A stretch of DNA of 59,423 nt from a virus (lineage: Duplodnaviria > Caudoviricetes): positions 1-59,423 of IMG/VR virus record IMGVR_UViG_3300037313_000688; one strand, written 5' to 3'. The notes beneath the pieces were generated by a model that ran no database searches, was not told where the DNA came from, and saw nothing but the letters and a program-made list of their open reading frames with translations. Of this stretch, positions 18,234 through 27,149 are shown in pieces. Each line of letters starts with the position of its first letter. Position 1 is the stretch's first letter. A program made the position numbers and the translations under genes.

Positions 18234-18460
18234 TGGCGGACGCGAACAAGGTCGGGGTTGTCCCGCAAGAGCTGACGGACACCATCGCCCGGCTGAACGC
18301 CGGGGTGGCCGCGGCGGCCCAGAAGATCCAGTCCCTCAAGGACCAGATCAGCCAGTCGATGACCCAGCAAGAAGTGGCCGACGTCCAGAGCCAACTGGAC
18401 GCCATCGCCACCAGCCTGGAGGGGCTGAGCACCGAGCAGACCCAGGCCAAGAAGAAGTAA
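18230..18460 (+). CDS. Small coiled-coil protein
   Basis: GGAGG RBS; Gln/Ala-rich heptads. Confidence 0.7.
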   Translation: MMADANKVGVVPQELTDTIARLNAGVAAAAQKIQSLKDQISQSMTQQEVADVQSQLDAIATSLEGLSTEQTQAKKK

Positions 18461-18473
18461 GCCGTCGCCCTCG

Positions 18474-18503
18474 GGCCGGGGGTGTGCGGACCCCCGGCCT
18501 TTC
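18474..18503 (+). terminator. Putative intrinsic terminator
   Basis: 10-bp stem GGCCGGGGGT/ACCCCCGGCC followed by TTTC. Confidence 0.55.
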
Positions 18504-18517
18504 CCCAGGAGACAGTT

Positions 18518-18919
18518 ATGGTCAAGTACCTGTGCATCGCGGCGATCATCGGGGCCGGCTCGGCCGTGTGCCGGGCCGGGGACTTCGGCGACCCTCTCCC
18601 GCTCGACCAGCGGGTGGCGGCGTTGGAGAAGAAGGTGGCGGAACTGGAGCGGTTGGCTAAGCCGGTCCAGACCGTCGCCGGGCCGGTCGTGTCCCCGTTC
18701 GCCACGACCGTGACCAACGTGCCGACCCAGTCGTTCGGCTGCCCGACGACTTTCGCCACCCCGTCGGTTTCGTACACGGTCGGGTCCGCGGACCCGGTGG
18801 TCTACATGACCTCGGGCGGCCAGACGGTGACGTGTGTCAACGGCCAGTGCTCGACCTCCGGCGGCGGGGCCGTCGAGTACCAGCGACCGGGTCTGTTTCA
18901 GCGAATATTCCGCCGGTAA
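18518..18919 (+). CDS. Secreted protein with coiled coil, CxNGxC and basic C-terminus
   Basis: AGGAG RBS; signal peptide; LDQRVAALEKKVAELE; CVNGQC; ends RPGLFQRIFRR. Confidence 0.75.
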   Translation: MVKYLCIAAIIGAGSAVCRAGDFGDPLPLDQRVAALEKKVAELERLAKPVQTVAGPVVSPFATTVTNVPTQSFGCPTTFATPSVSYTVGSADPVVYMTSGGQTVTCVNGQCSTSGGGAVEYQRPGLFQRIFRR

Positions 18920-18948
18920 CTCACACCACGCCACAAGGGGGACAAAAC

Positions 18949-19239
18949 GTGTTCGGTAACGCAAAGCTCATCCTCGACCTGCTCCGGGCGTTCGGGAAGT
19001 ACGCGGCCCTGCTTCCGCTGGTCCGGGACGCCATCAGCGCCATCCGGGCCGGGGACTGGGTCCAGGTCGAAGCCCTGATCGCCCAACTGTGGGCGAAGAT
19101 CGGCATGGTCCCAGGGGGGACCGTCAAGTTCGGCGCCGCCCCGCTCGGCTTGGCCGGTCCGCTGCCGGCGGACGTCGCCAGCGCCCTCAACGAGCTGGAA
19201 GCTCAGTGCTGTCCACCGGATGGTGCTTCAGTGGGTTAG
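18949..19239 (+). CDS. Small amphipathic protein
   Basis: GTG start after AGGGGG; MFGNAKLILDLLRAFGKY. Confidence 0.6.
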   Translation: MFGNAKLILDLLRAFGKYAALLPLVRDAISAIRAGDWVQVEALIAQLWAKIGMVPGGTVKFGAAPLGLAGPLPADVASALNELEAQCCPPDGASVG

Positions 19240-19249
19240 TAGGTACAAC

Positions 19250-19287
19250 AGACTAAAGGCGGGGCAAGACAAACCCGCCTTTAGTCT
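19250..19287. terminator. 14-bp stem-loop ahead of the capsid operon
   Basis: AGACTAAAGGCGGG-10 nt-CCCGCCTTTAGTCT. Confidence 0.6.
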
Positions 19288-19340
19288 TGCCTAAGTGCCT
19301 TTGTCGGGTTAATCAGGTAGGAAGTGTTAAGGGGCCGGCA

Positions 19341-20801
19341 ATGGAACGACTGACGTTCAACGTGGGCGGACCCGGCTTCCGGCACGACGTGCTGGAGGGC
19401 CGGGATCACCTCGTCGTCCCCGCCGTCATGCTGACCGAGGGGGTGTTCAACGGCAGCGACGGGCCGATCTACTACCCGAAGGCGGTACTCGCCGAAGACC
19501 CCGGCTCGTGGAACCACATGCCGGTGGTGGTGTACCACCCGGAGGAGAACGGCAAGAACGTCAGCGCCCGGGACCAGATGGTGCTGAACAGCCAGAAGAT
19601 CGGCCTGCTCCTGAACACCTCGTTCGACCCGGACGGGGCCAAGCTGAAAACCGAGGCCTGGCTGGACGTCGAGCGGACGAACAAGATCGACCCCCGGATC
19701 ATCGACAAGTTGACGGCGAACGAGAAGGTCGAGGTCAGCACCGGGGTGTTCGTCCCCCGGAAGGCGAAGACCGGGGTGTTCAACTCCCGCGAGTACAAAC
19801 AGGTCGCCCGGCGGCTGAAGCCGGACCACCTGGCCGTCCTCCCGGACCAGGTCGGGGCGTGCAGCGTCGCCGACGGGGCCGGGCTGCTGGCGAACAAGGA
19901 CAAGCTGACCCCAATCGGCAACGGGCTGTCCCTGGACGAGCGGACGAGTGCCGTCCGGTGTGCAATCAGCGACATGATGTCCAAGCCCGGGTACTACTGG
20001 GACGGGTACGTGGTGGACGTGTACGACTCGTTCGCCATCTACCGGTCCCAGGACGGGCTGTACAAGCAGGACTATTCGCTGGACGCGAACGGCCAAGTTT
20101 CCCTGACCGGGAAGCCGGTGGCGGTGTCGAAGGTGGTTCAGTACCGGACGGCGGACGGCTCCCTGGTCGGGAACGCCTCCGGGGAGTTCGTTTCCAACCT
20201 GGAGGTTCGGATCATGGACAAGAAGGCGAAGGTTGACCTTCTGATCAACACGGCCGGCACCGTGTGGGTGGAGGCCGACCGCACCGACCTGATGAGCTGG
20301 TCGGACGAGCGGCTGGACCGGCTGGTCAAGTCGCTGAAGACCCCGCCGGCCCCGACCGGCAACGCGACCCCGCCGGTGGTCCCGGCGCCGGTCCAGACCC
20401 CCGCCCCGACCCCGGCGCCGGAGCCGGTGGTGGCGAACGCCGGCAAGCCGGCCGAGCCGGCGAAGCAGATGACGTGGGACGAGCTGGTGGCGAACGCCAA
20501 CCCGACCACCCGGGCGATGCTGAGCGAGATGACCGCCGTGTACAATGGGGAGAAGGTCAAGCTGATCGAGGTGATCGTCAACGCCAAGGGCAACCTGTTC
20601 ACCAAGGACCAGCTCGCGGCGAAGGAGATCCCGGACCTCCGGGCCATTGCCGCCCTGATCCCGCAGGCGGCCCCGGCCCCGACGGTCCCGGCCCCGCTGT
20701 TCTTCGGGCAGGCGACGGCCGCCCCGGTCGCCAACGCCGGGATCGATATCCCGACCCTGGAGGCGCCGGTCATCGACTACTCCACCCCGGCCGCCAACTA
20801 A
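19341..20801 (+). CDS. Prohead protease/scaffold protein (DUF2213-like)
   Basis: VMLTEGVFNG, WNHMPVVVYHP, EVSTG, PDHLAVLPDQVGACSVADGAG; Pro/Ala-rich scaffold tail. Confidence 0.85.
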   Translation: MERLTFNVGGPGFRHDVLEGRDHLVVPAVMLTEGVFNGSDGPIYYPKAVLAEDPGSWNHMPVVVYHPEENGKNVSARDQMVLNSQKIGLLLNTSFDPDGAKLKTEAWLDVERTNKIDPRIIDKLTANEKVEVSTGVFVPRKAKTGVFNSREYKQVARRLKPDHLAVLPDQVGACSVADGAGLLANKDKLTPIGNGLSLDERTSAVRCAISDMMSKPGYYWDGYVVDVYDSFAIYRSQDGLYKQDYSLDANGQVSLTGKPVAVSKVVQYRTADGSLVGNASGEFVSNLEVRIMDKKAKVDLLINTAGTVWVEADRTDLMSWSDERLDRLVKSLKTPPAPTGNATPPVVPAPVQTPAPTPAPEPVVANAGKPAEPAKQMTWDELVANANPTTRAMLSEMTAVYNGEKVKLIEVIVNAKGNLFTKDQLAAKEIPDLRAIAALIPQAAPAPTVPAPLFFGQATAAPVANAGIDIPTLEAPVIDYSTPAAN

Positions 20802-20828
20802 CCCCACCACCACCCAGCGGAGGAACCC

Positions 20829-21413
20829 ATGTCCTACCCGAACACGAAAGAAACCTGGCGATGGGTTCCGGGCTACCGGAATCTGTACAAGGTTTCCGAC
20901 GCTGGTCGGGTGAAGTCTGTGACCCGGGTCGTCCACATGAAGGACGGGCGGGTGCAGGTTCGGACCGGGGTTGTTCTGAAGCCGGGTGACTTGGTAAGTC
21001 CGTCAGGCAAGATTTACAAGGTGGTGAGTCTGTGGCGGGATGGCAAAGGACGGATGCACCAGGTGCATAGACTGGTCGCACTAGCTTTCATCCCCAACCC
21101 GGACAGCAAGCCGGAGGTGAATCACGAGAATGGTAAAACCTCCGACAACCGGGCCTCCAACCTGACGTGGATGACCCGCCTCGAAAACGTAGAACACGCC
21201 ATCTCCACCGGTCTGTTCCGGCACGACATCCGAAACATGCCGAAAGGTGTGGCAAACCACAACGCCAAGCTCACGGAGGAGGACGTCCGCCGGATTAAAC
21301 GACTTGTGTCCGACGGGACGGACTCGTTCACTGCCATTGCTCGCAAGTTCGGGGTGAGCACGATGGTCGTGTATCAGATCAGGAAGGGCTTGGCCTGGAG
21401 TCACGTTAACTGA
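20829..21413 (+). CDS. Free-standing NUMOD4-HNH homing endonuclease
   Basis: ETWRWVPGY.NLYKVSDAGRVKS (NUMOD4); VHRLVALAF, VNHENG..SDNRASNL.W.T..EN (HNH); visibly lower GC than its neighbours. Confidence 0.93.
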   Translation: MSYPNTKETWRWVPGYRNLYKVSDAGRVKSVTRVVHMKDGRVQVRTGVVLKPGDLVSPSGKIYKVVSLWRDGKGRMHQVHRLVALAFIPNPDSKPEVNHENGKTSDNRASNLTWMTRLENVEHAISTGLFRHDIRNMPKGVANHNAKLTEEDVRRIKRLVSDGTDSFTAIARKFGVSTMVVYQIRKGLAWSHVN

Positions 21414-21438
21414 CCCCGAACTCAAACCGGAGGGAGAT

Positions 21439-21864
21439 ATGGCGTATCCTCAAACTATCGTACTCAAGGGCGACCTCGGCACGCGCTACGAGGAGGGGCG
21501 GGCGGCCGGGACCATCAAGCCCGGCCACCTGATCAAGCAGAACAGCTCGCAGAACTACGTCGTCCACGCGACCGCGGGCGGGGGCGGCGAGCGGCTAGTC
21601 GCCATCGAGGACGGGCTGATCGGCAAGACCATCGACGACAACTACGTCAGCGGCGACCTGGTCCGGTTCAAGATCGTGCAGCCCGGTGACGTGCTGTACA
21701 TGCTCCTGAAGGACGGCCAGTCGGTCGTGCCGGACGACATCCTGAGCAGCAACGGTGACGGCACGCTGCGGAAGGAGACCTCCACCGGGGTCGTCCTGTT
21801 CAAGTCGCTGGAGACCGTCGCCCCGAGTGGTGCCGACGGCCGGATCCGGGTCCGGGCGATCTAA
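21439..21864 (+). CDS. Head decoration/cement protein
   Basis: 141 aa directly upstream of the capsid gene; AAGTIKPGHL and LSSNGDGTLR motifs. Confidence 0.75.
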   Translation: MAYPQTIVLKGDLGTRYEEGRAAGTIKPGHLIKQNSSQNYVVHATAGGGGERLVAIEDGLIGKTIDDNYVSGDLVRFKIVQPGDVLYMLLKDGQSVVPDDILSSNGDGTLRKETSTGVVLFKSLETVAPSGADGRIRVRAI

Positions 21865-21896
21865 CCACTTACCCCTCCAACGAGAGAAAGCGAGAC

Positions 21897-22955
21897 ATGA
21901 GCGATTTCATCATCGGCAATCAGGGGTACGGCGGTGTCGCCGGAACGCTGCTTGCCCACAACATGGACGTCGGCGCCCTGCGCCCGTTCACCATCGACGG
22001 CGACCCCCGCACGTTCATCACCGTGAACGAGGGCGGGAAGAAGGTGACGCGGCCGGTCGCCAACGCCACCGGGCTGCCGTACCGGTCGTGGATCCTGCTG
22101 GACAAGACGATCCAGCGGATCGTCAAGGAGCGGCTGCGGCTGGTCGGCGACCTGAATGCGGCCGGGCTGACGTACAACGTCACAAACGGCCTGGGCACGC
22201 CGGTCATCCAGTTCCAGAACATGGGTGACATCAGCCCGGCGACGATCAGCATGGACGGGCTGCGCCAGAGCGAGCGGGACCGCCCGACGTTCGACCTGAC
22301 GACCATCCCCCTGCCGATCATCCACAAGGACCTGTCCTTCTCGCTCCGCGAGGTGGCGGTGTCCCGGCAGGCCGGCACCCCGCTGGACACGACCACGGCC
22401 GAACTCGCCGCCCGCCGGGTGGCCGAGGAGGTGGAGAAGCTGGCGCTGGGCATCAGCAGCAGCTACACCTACGGCGGCGGCACGGTGTACGGGATCACCA
22501 ACTTCCCGTCCCGGATGACCAAGGTGTTGTCCGACCCGACCGGGGGGACGTGGACCCCGGCCACCCTGGTCAGCGAGATTCTGGCCATGCGGGCGCAGGC
22601 CCAGGCCGAGTTCCACTACGGGCCGTTCATGGTGTACACCTCGCCAGGGTGGGACGCCTACCTGGACGACGACTACTCCGCCGCCAAGGGGGACAACACC
22701 CTGCGGGAGCGGATCGGGCGGATCGAGGGCATCCGGGGCATCCGCACCCTGGACTACCTGACCGGCATGCAAATCCTGCTGGTCGAGATGAACAGCGACG
22801 TGATCCGGATGATCAACGGCATGGCCGTCACCCCGGTCCAGTGGGAGACGCACGGCGGCATGCAGCTGAACTTCAAGATCATGACCATCCAGGTGCCGCA
22901 CCTGCGGGCCGACCAGAACGGCAACACCGGCATCGTCCACGGCTCCGTGCCGTAA
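21897..22955 (+). CDS. Major capsid protein (HK97 fold, encapsulin-like type)
   Basis: 352 aa; RLRLVGDL, PLPIIHKD.SF..R, ARRVAEEVE, YGITNFP; position after protease and decoration genes. Confidence 0.9.
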   Translation: MSDFIIGNQGYGGVAGTLLAHNMDVGALRPFTIDGDPRTFITVNEGGKKVTRPVANATGLPYRSWILLDKTIQRIVKERLRLVGDLNAAGLTYNVTNGLGTPVIQFQNMGDISPATISMDGLRQSERDRPTFDLTTIPLPIIHKDLSFSLREVAVSRQAGTPLDTTTAELAARRVAEEVEKLALGISSSYTYGGGTVYGITNFPSRMTKVLSDPTGGTWTPATLVSEILAMRAQAQAEFHYGPFMVYTSPGWDAYLDDDYSAAKGDNTLRERIGRIEGIRGIRTLDYLTGMQILLVEMNSDVIRMINGMAVTPVQWETHGGMQLNFKIMTIQVPHLRADQNGNTGIVHGSVP

Positions 22956-22962
22956 CCCGAAC

Positions 22963-23041
22963 ACGGGCCGGGGGCCGTGGACGCTCGGTGCCCCCTCCGG
23001 ATATCCACCGGGGGGTTCGCACGGCTCCCCGCCCGGCCCGT
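22963..23041 (+). other. Long nested stem-loop after the capsid gene
   Basis: ACGGGCCGGG/CCCGGCCCGT outer stem, GGCCGTG/CACGGCT middle stem, inner C-rich/G-rich hairpin; no U-tract. Confidence 0.65.
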
Positions 23042-23072
23042 CCCCACCCACCCCCAAACACACAGGTGCCAC

Positions 23073-23582
23073 ATGGCCAAGGCCAAGGACAAGCTGAAGG
23101 CGGACCCGCCCGCCAACGACGGGACGGGCGCCACCTTCCTCGTACTCGAAGGCAAGCACACCGAGGAGGATGGCAAGGTCTACAAGAAGGGCGACAAGGT
23201 CACGTCCCCCGCCCCGCTGGACGAGATGTTCGCCAACAAGTTCCAGCGTCTGGAGGGGGTCACACACGACCCGCGGGACTACGACAAGACGTTCGACAAC
23301 GACGACGTCATGGACGAGCTGCTCACCGAGAAGGACAAGCCGGGCGGCACCGGGGACGAGGCCGAGCCGGACGACGCCCACGAGGGCGAGGAGACGGACC
23401 ACGGCACGGACGTGAGCAGCAAGTTCAAGGAGGCGGCGGACGCCGACCTGGTGGTGTTCCGGACGGAGGACGGGGGCTACAACGTCGCCGACAAGGACAA
23501 CCCCGCCAAGAGCTTGAACAAGAAGCCGCTCAAGTTCGGGCAGGTCCGGAACTTCCTGAAGAACCAGACCGGGGGCAAGTAA
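23073..23582 (+). CDS. Acidic hypothetical protein in the head-neck region
   Basis: ATG 23073 after AGGT; KVYKKGDKV motif; normal codon bias. Confidence 0.7.
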   Translation: MAKAKDKLKADPPANDGTGATFLVLEGKHTEEDGKVYKKGDKVTSPAPLDEMFANKFQRLEGVTHDPRDYDKTFDNDDVMDELLTEKDKPGGTGDEAEPDDAHEGEETDHGTDVSSKFKEAADADLVVFRTEDGGYNVADKDNPAKSLNKKPLKFGQVRNFLKNQTGGK

Positions 23583-24005
23583 GTGCCGTTGACCACCCCG
23601 GAAGCCGTTGCCGGCATCGTACAGGTGGACGAAGACCTGTGGCCGGACCTCGACCCGCCGATTGAGGCGGCCTCGCTCCTCGTCACCGAGGTGTGCGGGG
23701 CTTCCGGGTACTCCGACTACACGATGGGCGTGATCGCCCGGTGGCTGGCCGCCCACTTTTACGCGGTCATGGACCCCCAGAGCACCTACGAGCAGGCGGG
23801 GTCCGTCTCGATCAAGTACGAGAGCGCCGTTGACCTGGGCCTGAACCTGACCCGGTTCGGCCAGCAGGCGATGCTCCTGGACTACAAGGGGAACCTCGCC
23901 CGCCTGAACTCCAACACGCTGGACGGCAAGACGAAGGTCAAGTTGGACATGCTGTGGCTGGGGATGACGTGCAAGGAGCGCCGGGAGAACCCGCCGTGCG
24001 CCTGA
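23583..24005 (+). CDS. Head-tail connector/adaptor (DUF4054-like)
   Basis: WLAAHF, GSVSIKY, LNLTRFGQQ. Confidence 0.8.
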   Translation: MPLTTPEAVAGIVQVDEDLWPDLDPPIEAASLLVTEVCGASGYSDYTMGVIARWLAAHFYAVMDPQSTYEQAGSVSIKYESAVDLGLNLTRFGQQAMLLDYKGNLARLNSNTLDGKTKVKLDMLWLGMTCKERRENPPCA

Positions 24006-24355
24006 TCAAGAAGATCCTGAAGATGCGGGCGGTGTACTGGGCGCCGACGTCCGACACCGACGAGTTCGGCAACAAGCTGTTCGCCGAGCCGAAGGTCATC
24101 AAGGTCCGGTGGGAGGAGCGGGTTCAGGAGTTCGCCGGCCCGAACAACGAGTCCATGCTGTCGAACGCGGTGGTGTACACCGACCGGGACGTGGAACTCC
24201 TGGGGGTGCTGAAGAAGCTGGAGAAGGGGGAGACCCTGTCTTCCCTGGCTTCCACGACCAACCCGTTCGAGAACGAGAAGGCGTGGGAGGTTCGGCGGTT
24301 CGACAAGCTGCCGACCATCAAGGCGACGGACTTCATTCGCCAGGCTTACCTGTAG
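23996..24355 (+). CDS. Head closure protein
   Basis: AVYWAP..TDEFGN, SNAVVY; synteny. Confidence 0.75.
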   Translation: MRLIKKILKMRAVYWAPTSDTDEFGNKLFAEPKVIKVRWEERVQEFAGPNNESMLSNAVVYTDRDVELLGVLKKLEKGETLSSLASTTNPFENEKAWEVRRFDKLPTIKATDFIRQAYL

Positions 24356-24362
24356 GTGCCGC

Positions 24363-24812
24363 GTGCCACTGGTGATCACGGGCGTTGACCGCGTACTCCG
24401 GGCCGGGCAGAAGACGTCCGCCCTGGACGCGATCAAGGTCCGCGACGGTCTGGCCAAGTGTGCCGGGGTGATCCTGCGGAAGTCCTACCAGTACGTCCCC
24501 ATCGACACCGGGGCGCTGATGCGGTCGGGCCGGGTCGAGGACAACGGGAAGCCGGGGATGGGGGCGCGGTTCGCCGTGGTGTACGGCGGCACCCCCGAGG
24601 CGTACTACGCCGTGTACGTCCACGAGGACCTGACCCGAGCGTACCGGAACCCCCCGCGGGGGGCGAAGTTCCTGGAGCGGGCGGTCCGGGAGACCCGGGG
24701 CACCTGCGCCAGTATCATGCGGCGGACCCTGTACGTCGAGCGGGGCAAGACGATAGACGGGGTCCGCGAGGACATCACCCGCGGCAACCCGTACACCGGG
24801 GAGCGGCTGTGA
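24363..24812 (+). CDS. Neck protein (HK97 gp10-like)
   Basis: VPIDTGALMRSG, YAVYVHE, AKFLERA. Confidence 0.85.
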   Translation: MPLVITGVDRVLRAGQKTSALDAIKVRDGLAKCAGVILRKSYQYVPIDTGALMRSGRVEDNGKPGMGARFAVVYGGTPEAYYAVYVHEDLTRAYRNPPRGAKFLERAVRETRGTCASIMRRTLYVERGKTIDGVREDITRGNPYTGERL

Positions 24813-25219
24813 ACGCCAGTCCGGCACAGGTGATCGCCGCTTACCTGTCCGCCCAGTCGGGGTTCCTGACCGGGTGGCAGGTGAAGGTCGGCAACGAGCC
24901 GGACGCCCCGGACAACGTGGTCACGGTGTTCGACACCGGCGGGGTGCGGGAGGACCGGTCGATGGCCGGGGCGGAACTCGTCCACCCGACCGTCCAGGTC
25001 CGCGTGAGGGCGGCGGACTACGCGACCGGGTGGCGGAAGGGGCGGGCGGTCGAGGAGGCACTGGCTCTGGTTAGGAACACCGCCGTCACGGTCGGCACCC
25101 CGCCGGAGTCCGTCGTGCTGAAGGCGGCCCACCGGTACATCCCCCTGGTGAGCATCGGGCAGGACCCGAACCAGAACCGCCGGCAGGTGTTCGTGACCAA
25201 CTTCAAACTGACCTTCTAG
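24809..25219 (+). CDS. Tail terminator/completion protein
   Basis: GTGA coupling; EPDAPD.VVTVFDTGG, PTVQVRVR, GQD.NQNRR..FVTNF. Confidence 0.8.
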   Translation: MNASPAQVIAAYLSAQSGFLTGWQVKVGNEPDAPDNVVTVFDTGGVREDRSMAGAELVHPTVQVRVRAADYATGWRKGRAVEEALALVRNTAVTVGTPPESVVLKAAHRYIPLVSIGQDPNQNRRQVFVTNFKLTF

Positions 25220-25228
25220 GAGGCGCCG

Positions 25229-25840
25229 ATGGCCCTGAACGTGAAAGCGAACCGGAGCGTCGTCATCGACGGCAAGACCTACGCCTCCGAGGCCGAGGTG
25301 GCGACCGAGGTCGCCGTCAAGTTCGACAAGAGTCTGGCCGCCGCCAAGACCGGCACCCTGTCCGCCCGGACCGACAACGACACCGGCACCCTGACCATGT
25401 CCGCCGGCCACGGGATCACCACCGGCGCCCGGCTGGACGTGTACTGGGACGGCGGGTGCCGGGCCGGGATGACGGTCGGCACCGTCGCCACGAACTCGGT
25501 CCCCATCGACGGCGGGTCGGGGGACAACCTCCCTACCGCCACAACCGCGATCACCGCGATGGTCCCGGCCGAGGAAAACTTCGTCGTGGCCGGGGACGAC
25601 GTCGCCGCCATCGGGGTGCAGACCCTGGCTTCCCCGGGGGTCCAGGCCCAGGTGGTGTTCGCCGACGGGGCGGACGCCGAACTGTACAAGGCGGTGGTGG
25701 AGAAGGACGCCGACTACTCCTGGACCAGCGGGGACGGAAGCACCAACCCCCTGGCCGGTGACGACGTGGCCAAGGTGTTCGTCAGCCACGGCGACTCGAC
25801 CGGGGCCAAAACCGTCCGCGGCGTGGCCGCTTACAACTAA
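25229..25840 (+). CDS. Putative tail structural protein
   Basis: GGAGG RBS; 203 aa, beta-rich; lies between terminator and tube genes. Confidence 0.65.
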   Translation: MALNVKANRSVVIDGKTYASEAEVATEVAVKFDKSLAAAKTGTLSARTDNDTGTLTMSAGHGITTGARLDVYWDGGCRAGMTVGTVATNSVPIDGGSGDNLPTATTAITAMVPAEENFVVAGDDVAAIGVQTLASPGVQAQVVFADGADAELYKAVVEKDADYSWTSGDGSTNPLAGDDVAKVFVSHGDSTGAKTVRGVAAYN

Positions 25841-25860
25841 CCCCTGACCCGGAGACTACC

Positions 25861-26298
25861 ATGCCGCTGGCCGACCGGATCGACGACGGTTTTAGCACGC
25901 GAATCAGTTTTGCCGACTTCCCGTCGGTGAGCTTCGAGGAGATCGAGGTCACGCCGCCGTCCATGATGGGGGGCGGGGCGAACGACGTGACCAACATGCG
26001 GAACACCGCCCTCCGCACCAAGTCCCCGAAGAAGCTGAAGACGATGGGTGACATGCAGCTCCTGGCGGCCTACGCCCCGGAGGTGTTCTCCACCATCTTC
26101 GACATGATCAACCACAACCAGGAGATCACCATCGAGTGGCCCGACGGGGACACGTACAAGGTGTGGGGGTGGGTGGACGAGTTCAAGCCGAACGCGGTCA
26201 AGGAGGGGGAGCGGGCGACCGCCCAGGTGACGATCATCTGCTCCAACCACGACAACGACCTGAACGAGATCGAGCCGGACTTCACCGGCCACGCCTGA
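25861..26298 (+). CDS. Major tail tube protein
   Basis: IEVTPPS, DVTNM, ITIEWPDG...GWVDEF; upstream of the tail chaperone. Confidence 0.75.
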   Translation: MPLADRIDDGFSTRISFADFPSVSFEEIEVTPPSMMGGGANDVTNMRNTALRTKSPKKLKTMGDMQLLAAYAPEVFSTIFDMINHNQEITIEWPDGDTYKVWGWVDEFKPNAVKEGERATAQVTIICSNHDNDLNEIEPDFTGHA

Positions 26299-26339
26299 GT
26301 CGGGCGTGGGTCGGTAGCAACAACCAGGGGGCTTCTGTC

Positions 26340-26711
26340 ATGTCCGAGACGAACGGCGAGGTGAAGCGGTACTCCCTCAAGCGCAAGGTCGTGGTGATCG
26401 AGCTGGAGGGGGAGGACGGGACCGTCTCCGCGTGCGAGCTGCGGGAGATGAACGGGACCGAGCGGGACCGGTTCCTGAACACCAGCAACCGGCGGCTGAA
26501 GACCGACAGCCAGGGCAACGCGGTCGGGGTGAGCGACTTCAACGGCATCTACGCCGACCTGATCGCTCAGTGCTTGTACCGCGAAGGGGCGCTGGTGCCG
26601 AAGTCGGAGATCCTGAACTTCCCCGCGTCCCTCCAGGCGGACCTGCACCGGATCTGCCAGGAGATCAACAGTCTGGGCGACAAGGCCCGGGAGGCGGCAA
26701 AAAACGGGTGA
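26340..26711 (+). CDS. Tail assembly chaperone (gpG-like)
   Basis: ELREMNGTERDRF; ends EAAKNG over the slippery heptamer A AAA AAC. Confidence 0.85.
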   Translation: MSETNGEVKRYSLKRKVVVIELEGEDGTVSACELREMNGTERDRFLNTSNRRLKTDSQGNAVGVSDFNGIYADLIAQCLYREGALVPKSEILNFPASLQADLHRICQEINSLGDKAREAAKNG

Positions 26712-27148
26712 GGGGGGAGGCCGGGGTCTGGCTGAAGATAGCCAAGGCCACCGGGACCTCCCCCCAGCGGGCGAAGGAGGAGCACACCCTCTCCGACTTC
26801 CTGGACTGGCAGGCCCATTTTGAGGAGGAGACCCTGGCGACGAGCAAGCTGGACAGGCAGCTTGCTCGTCTCACTTACTACGTGTACCTCGTGTTCATGG
26901 CGACGTTGCGCCAGAACACCAGCAAGACCGAGGACGACTTCCTGGTCAGGTACGAGCGCGTGGGGGGCGACGTGAAAGCCGACAACCCGAAGGGCGACGG
27001 GCGGCCCGCCCCGGCGGCGCCGAACCCGGACAAGATCGCCAGGTCCAAGGAGATCTGGAAGGCGTTCGGGGCCAGCGGGGTGAGGGGCAAGGACGGTAAG
27101 CGCCGGCCGTTCCGGCGCCCACCGCCGGGCAAGAAGAAGGGGGGCTGA
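26699..27148 (+). CDS. -1 frameshift extension of the tail chaperone (gpGT-like)
   Basis: A-AAA-AAC at 26699-26705; the -1 frame is open (RVRGEAGVWLKIAKATG...DFLDWQAHF) up to the tape measure start. Confidence 0.8.
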   Translation, partial: KKRVRGEAGVWLKIAKATGTSPQRAKEEHTLSDFLDWQAHFEEETLATSKLDRQLARLTYYVYLVFMATLRQNTSKTEDDFLVRYERVGGDVKADNPKGDGRPAPAAPNPDKIARSKEIWKAFGASGVRGKDGKRRPFRRPPPGKKKGG

Positions 27149-27149
27149 G

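Noticed and set aside
21897-22955. Encapsulin nanocompartment
   Set aside because: Embedded among protease, decoration, neck and tail genes; it is the phage capsid
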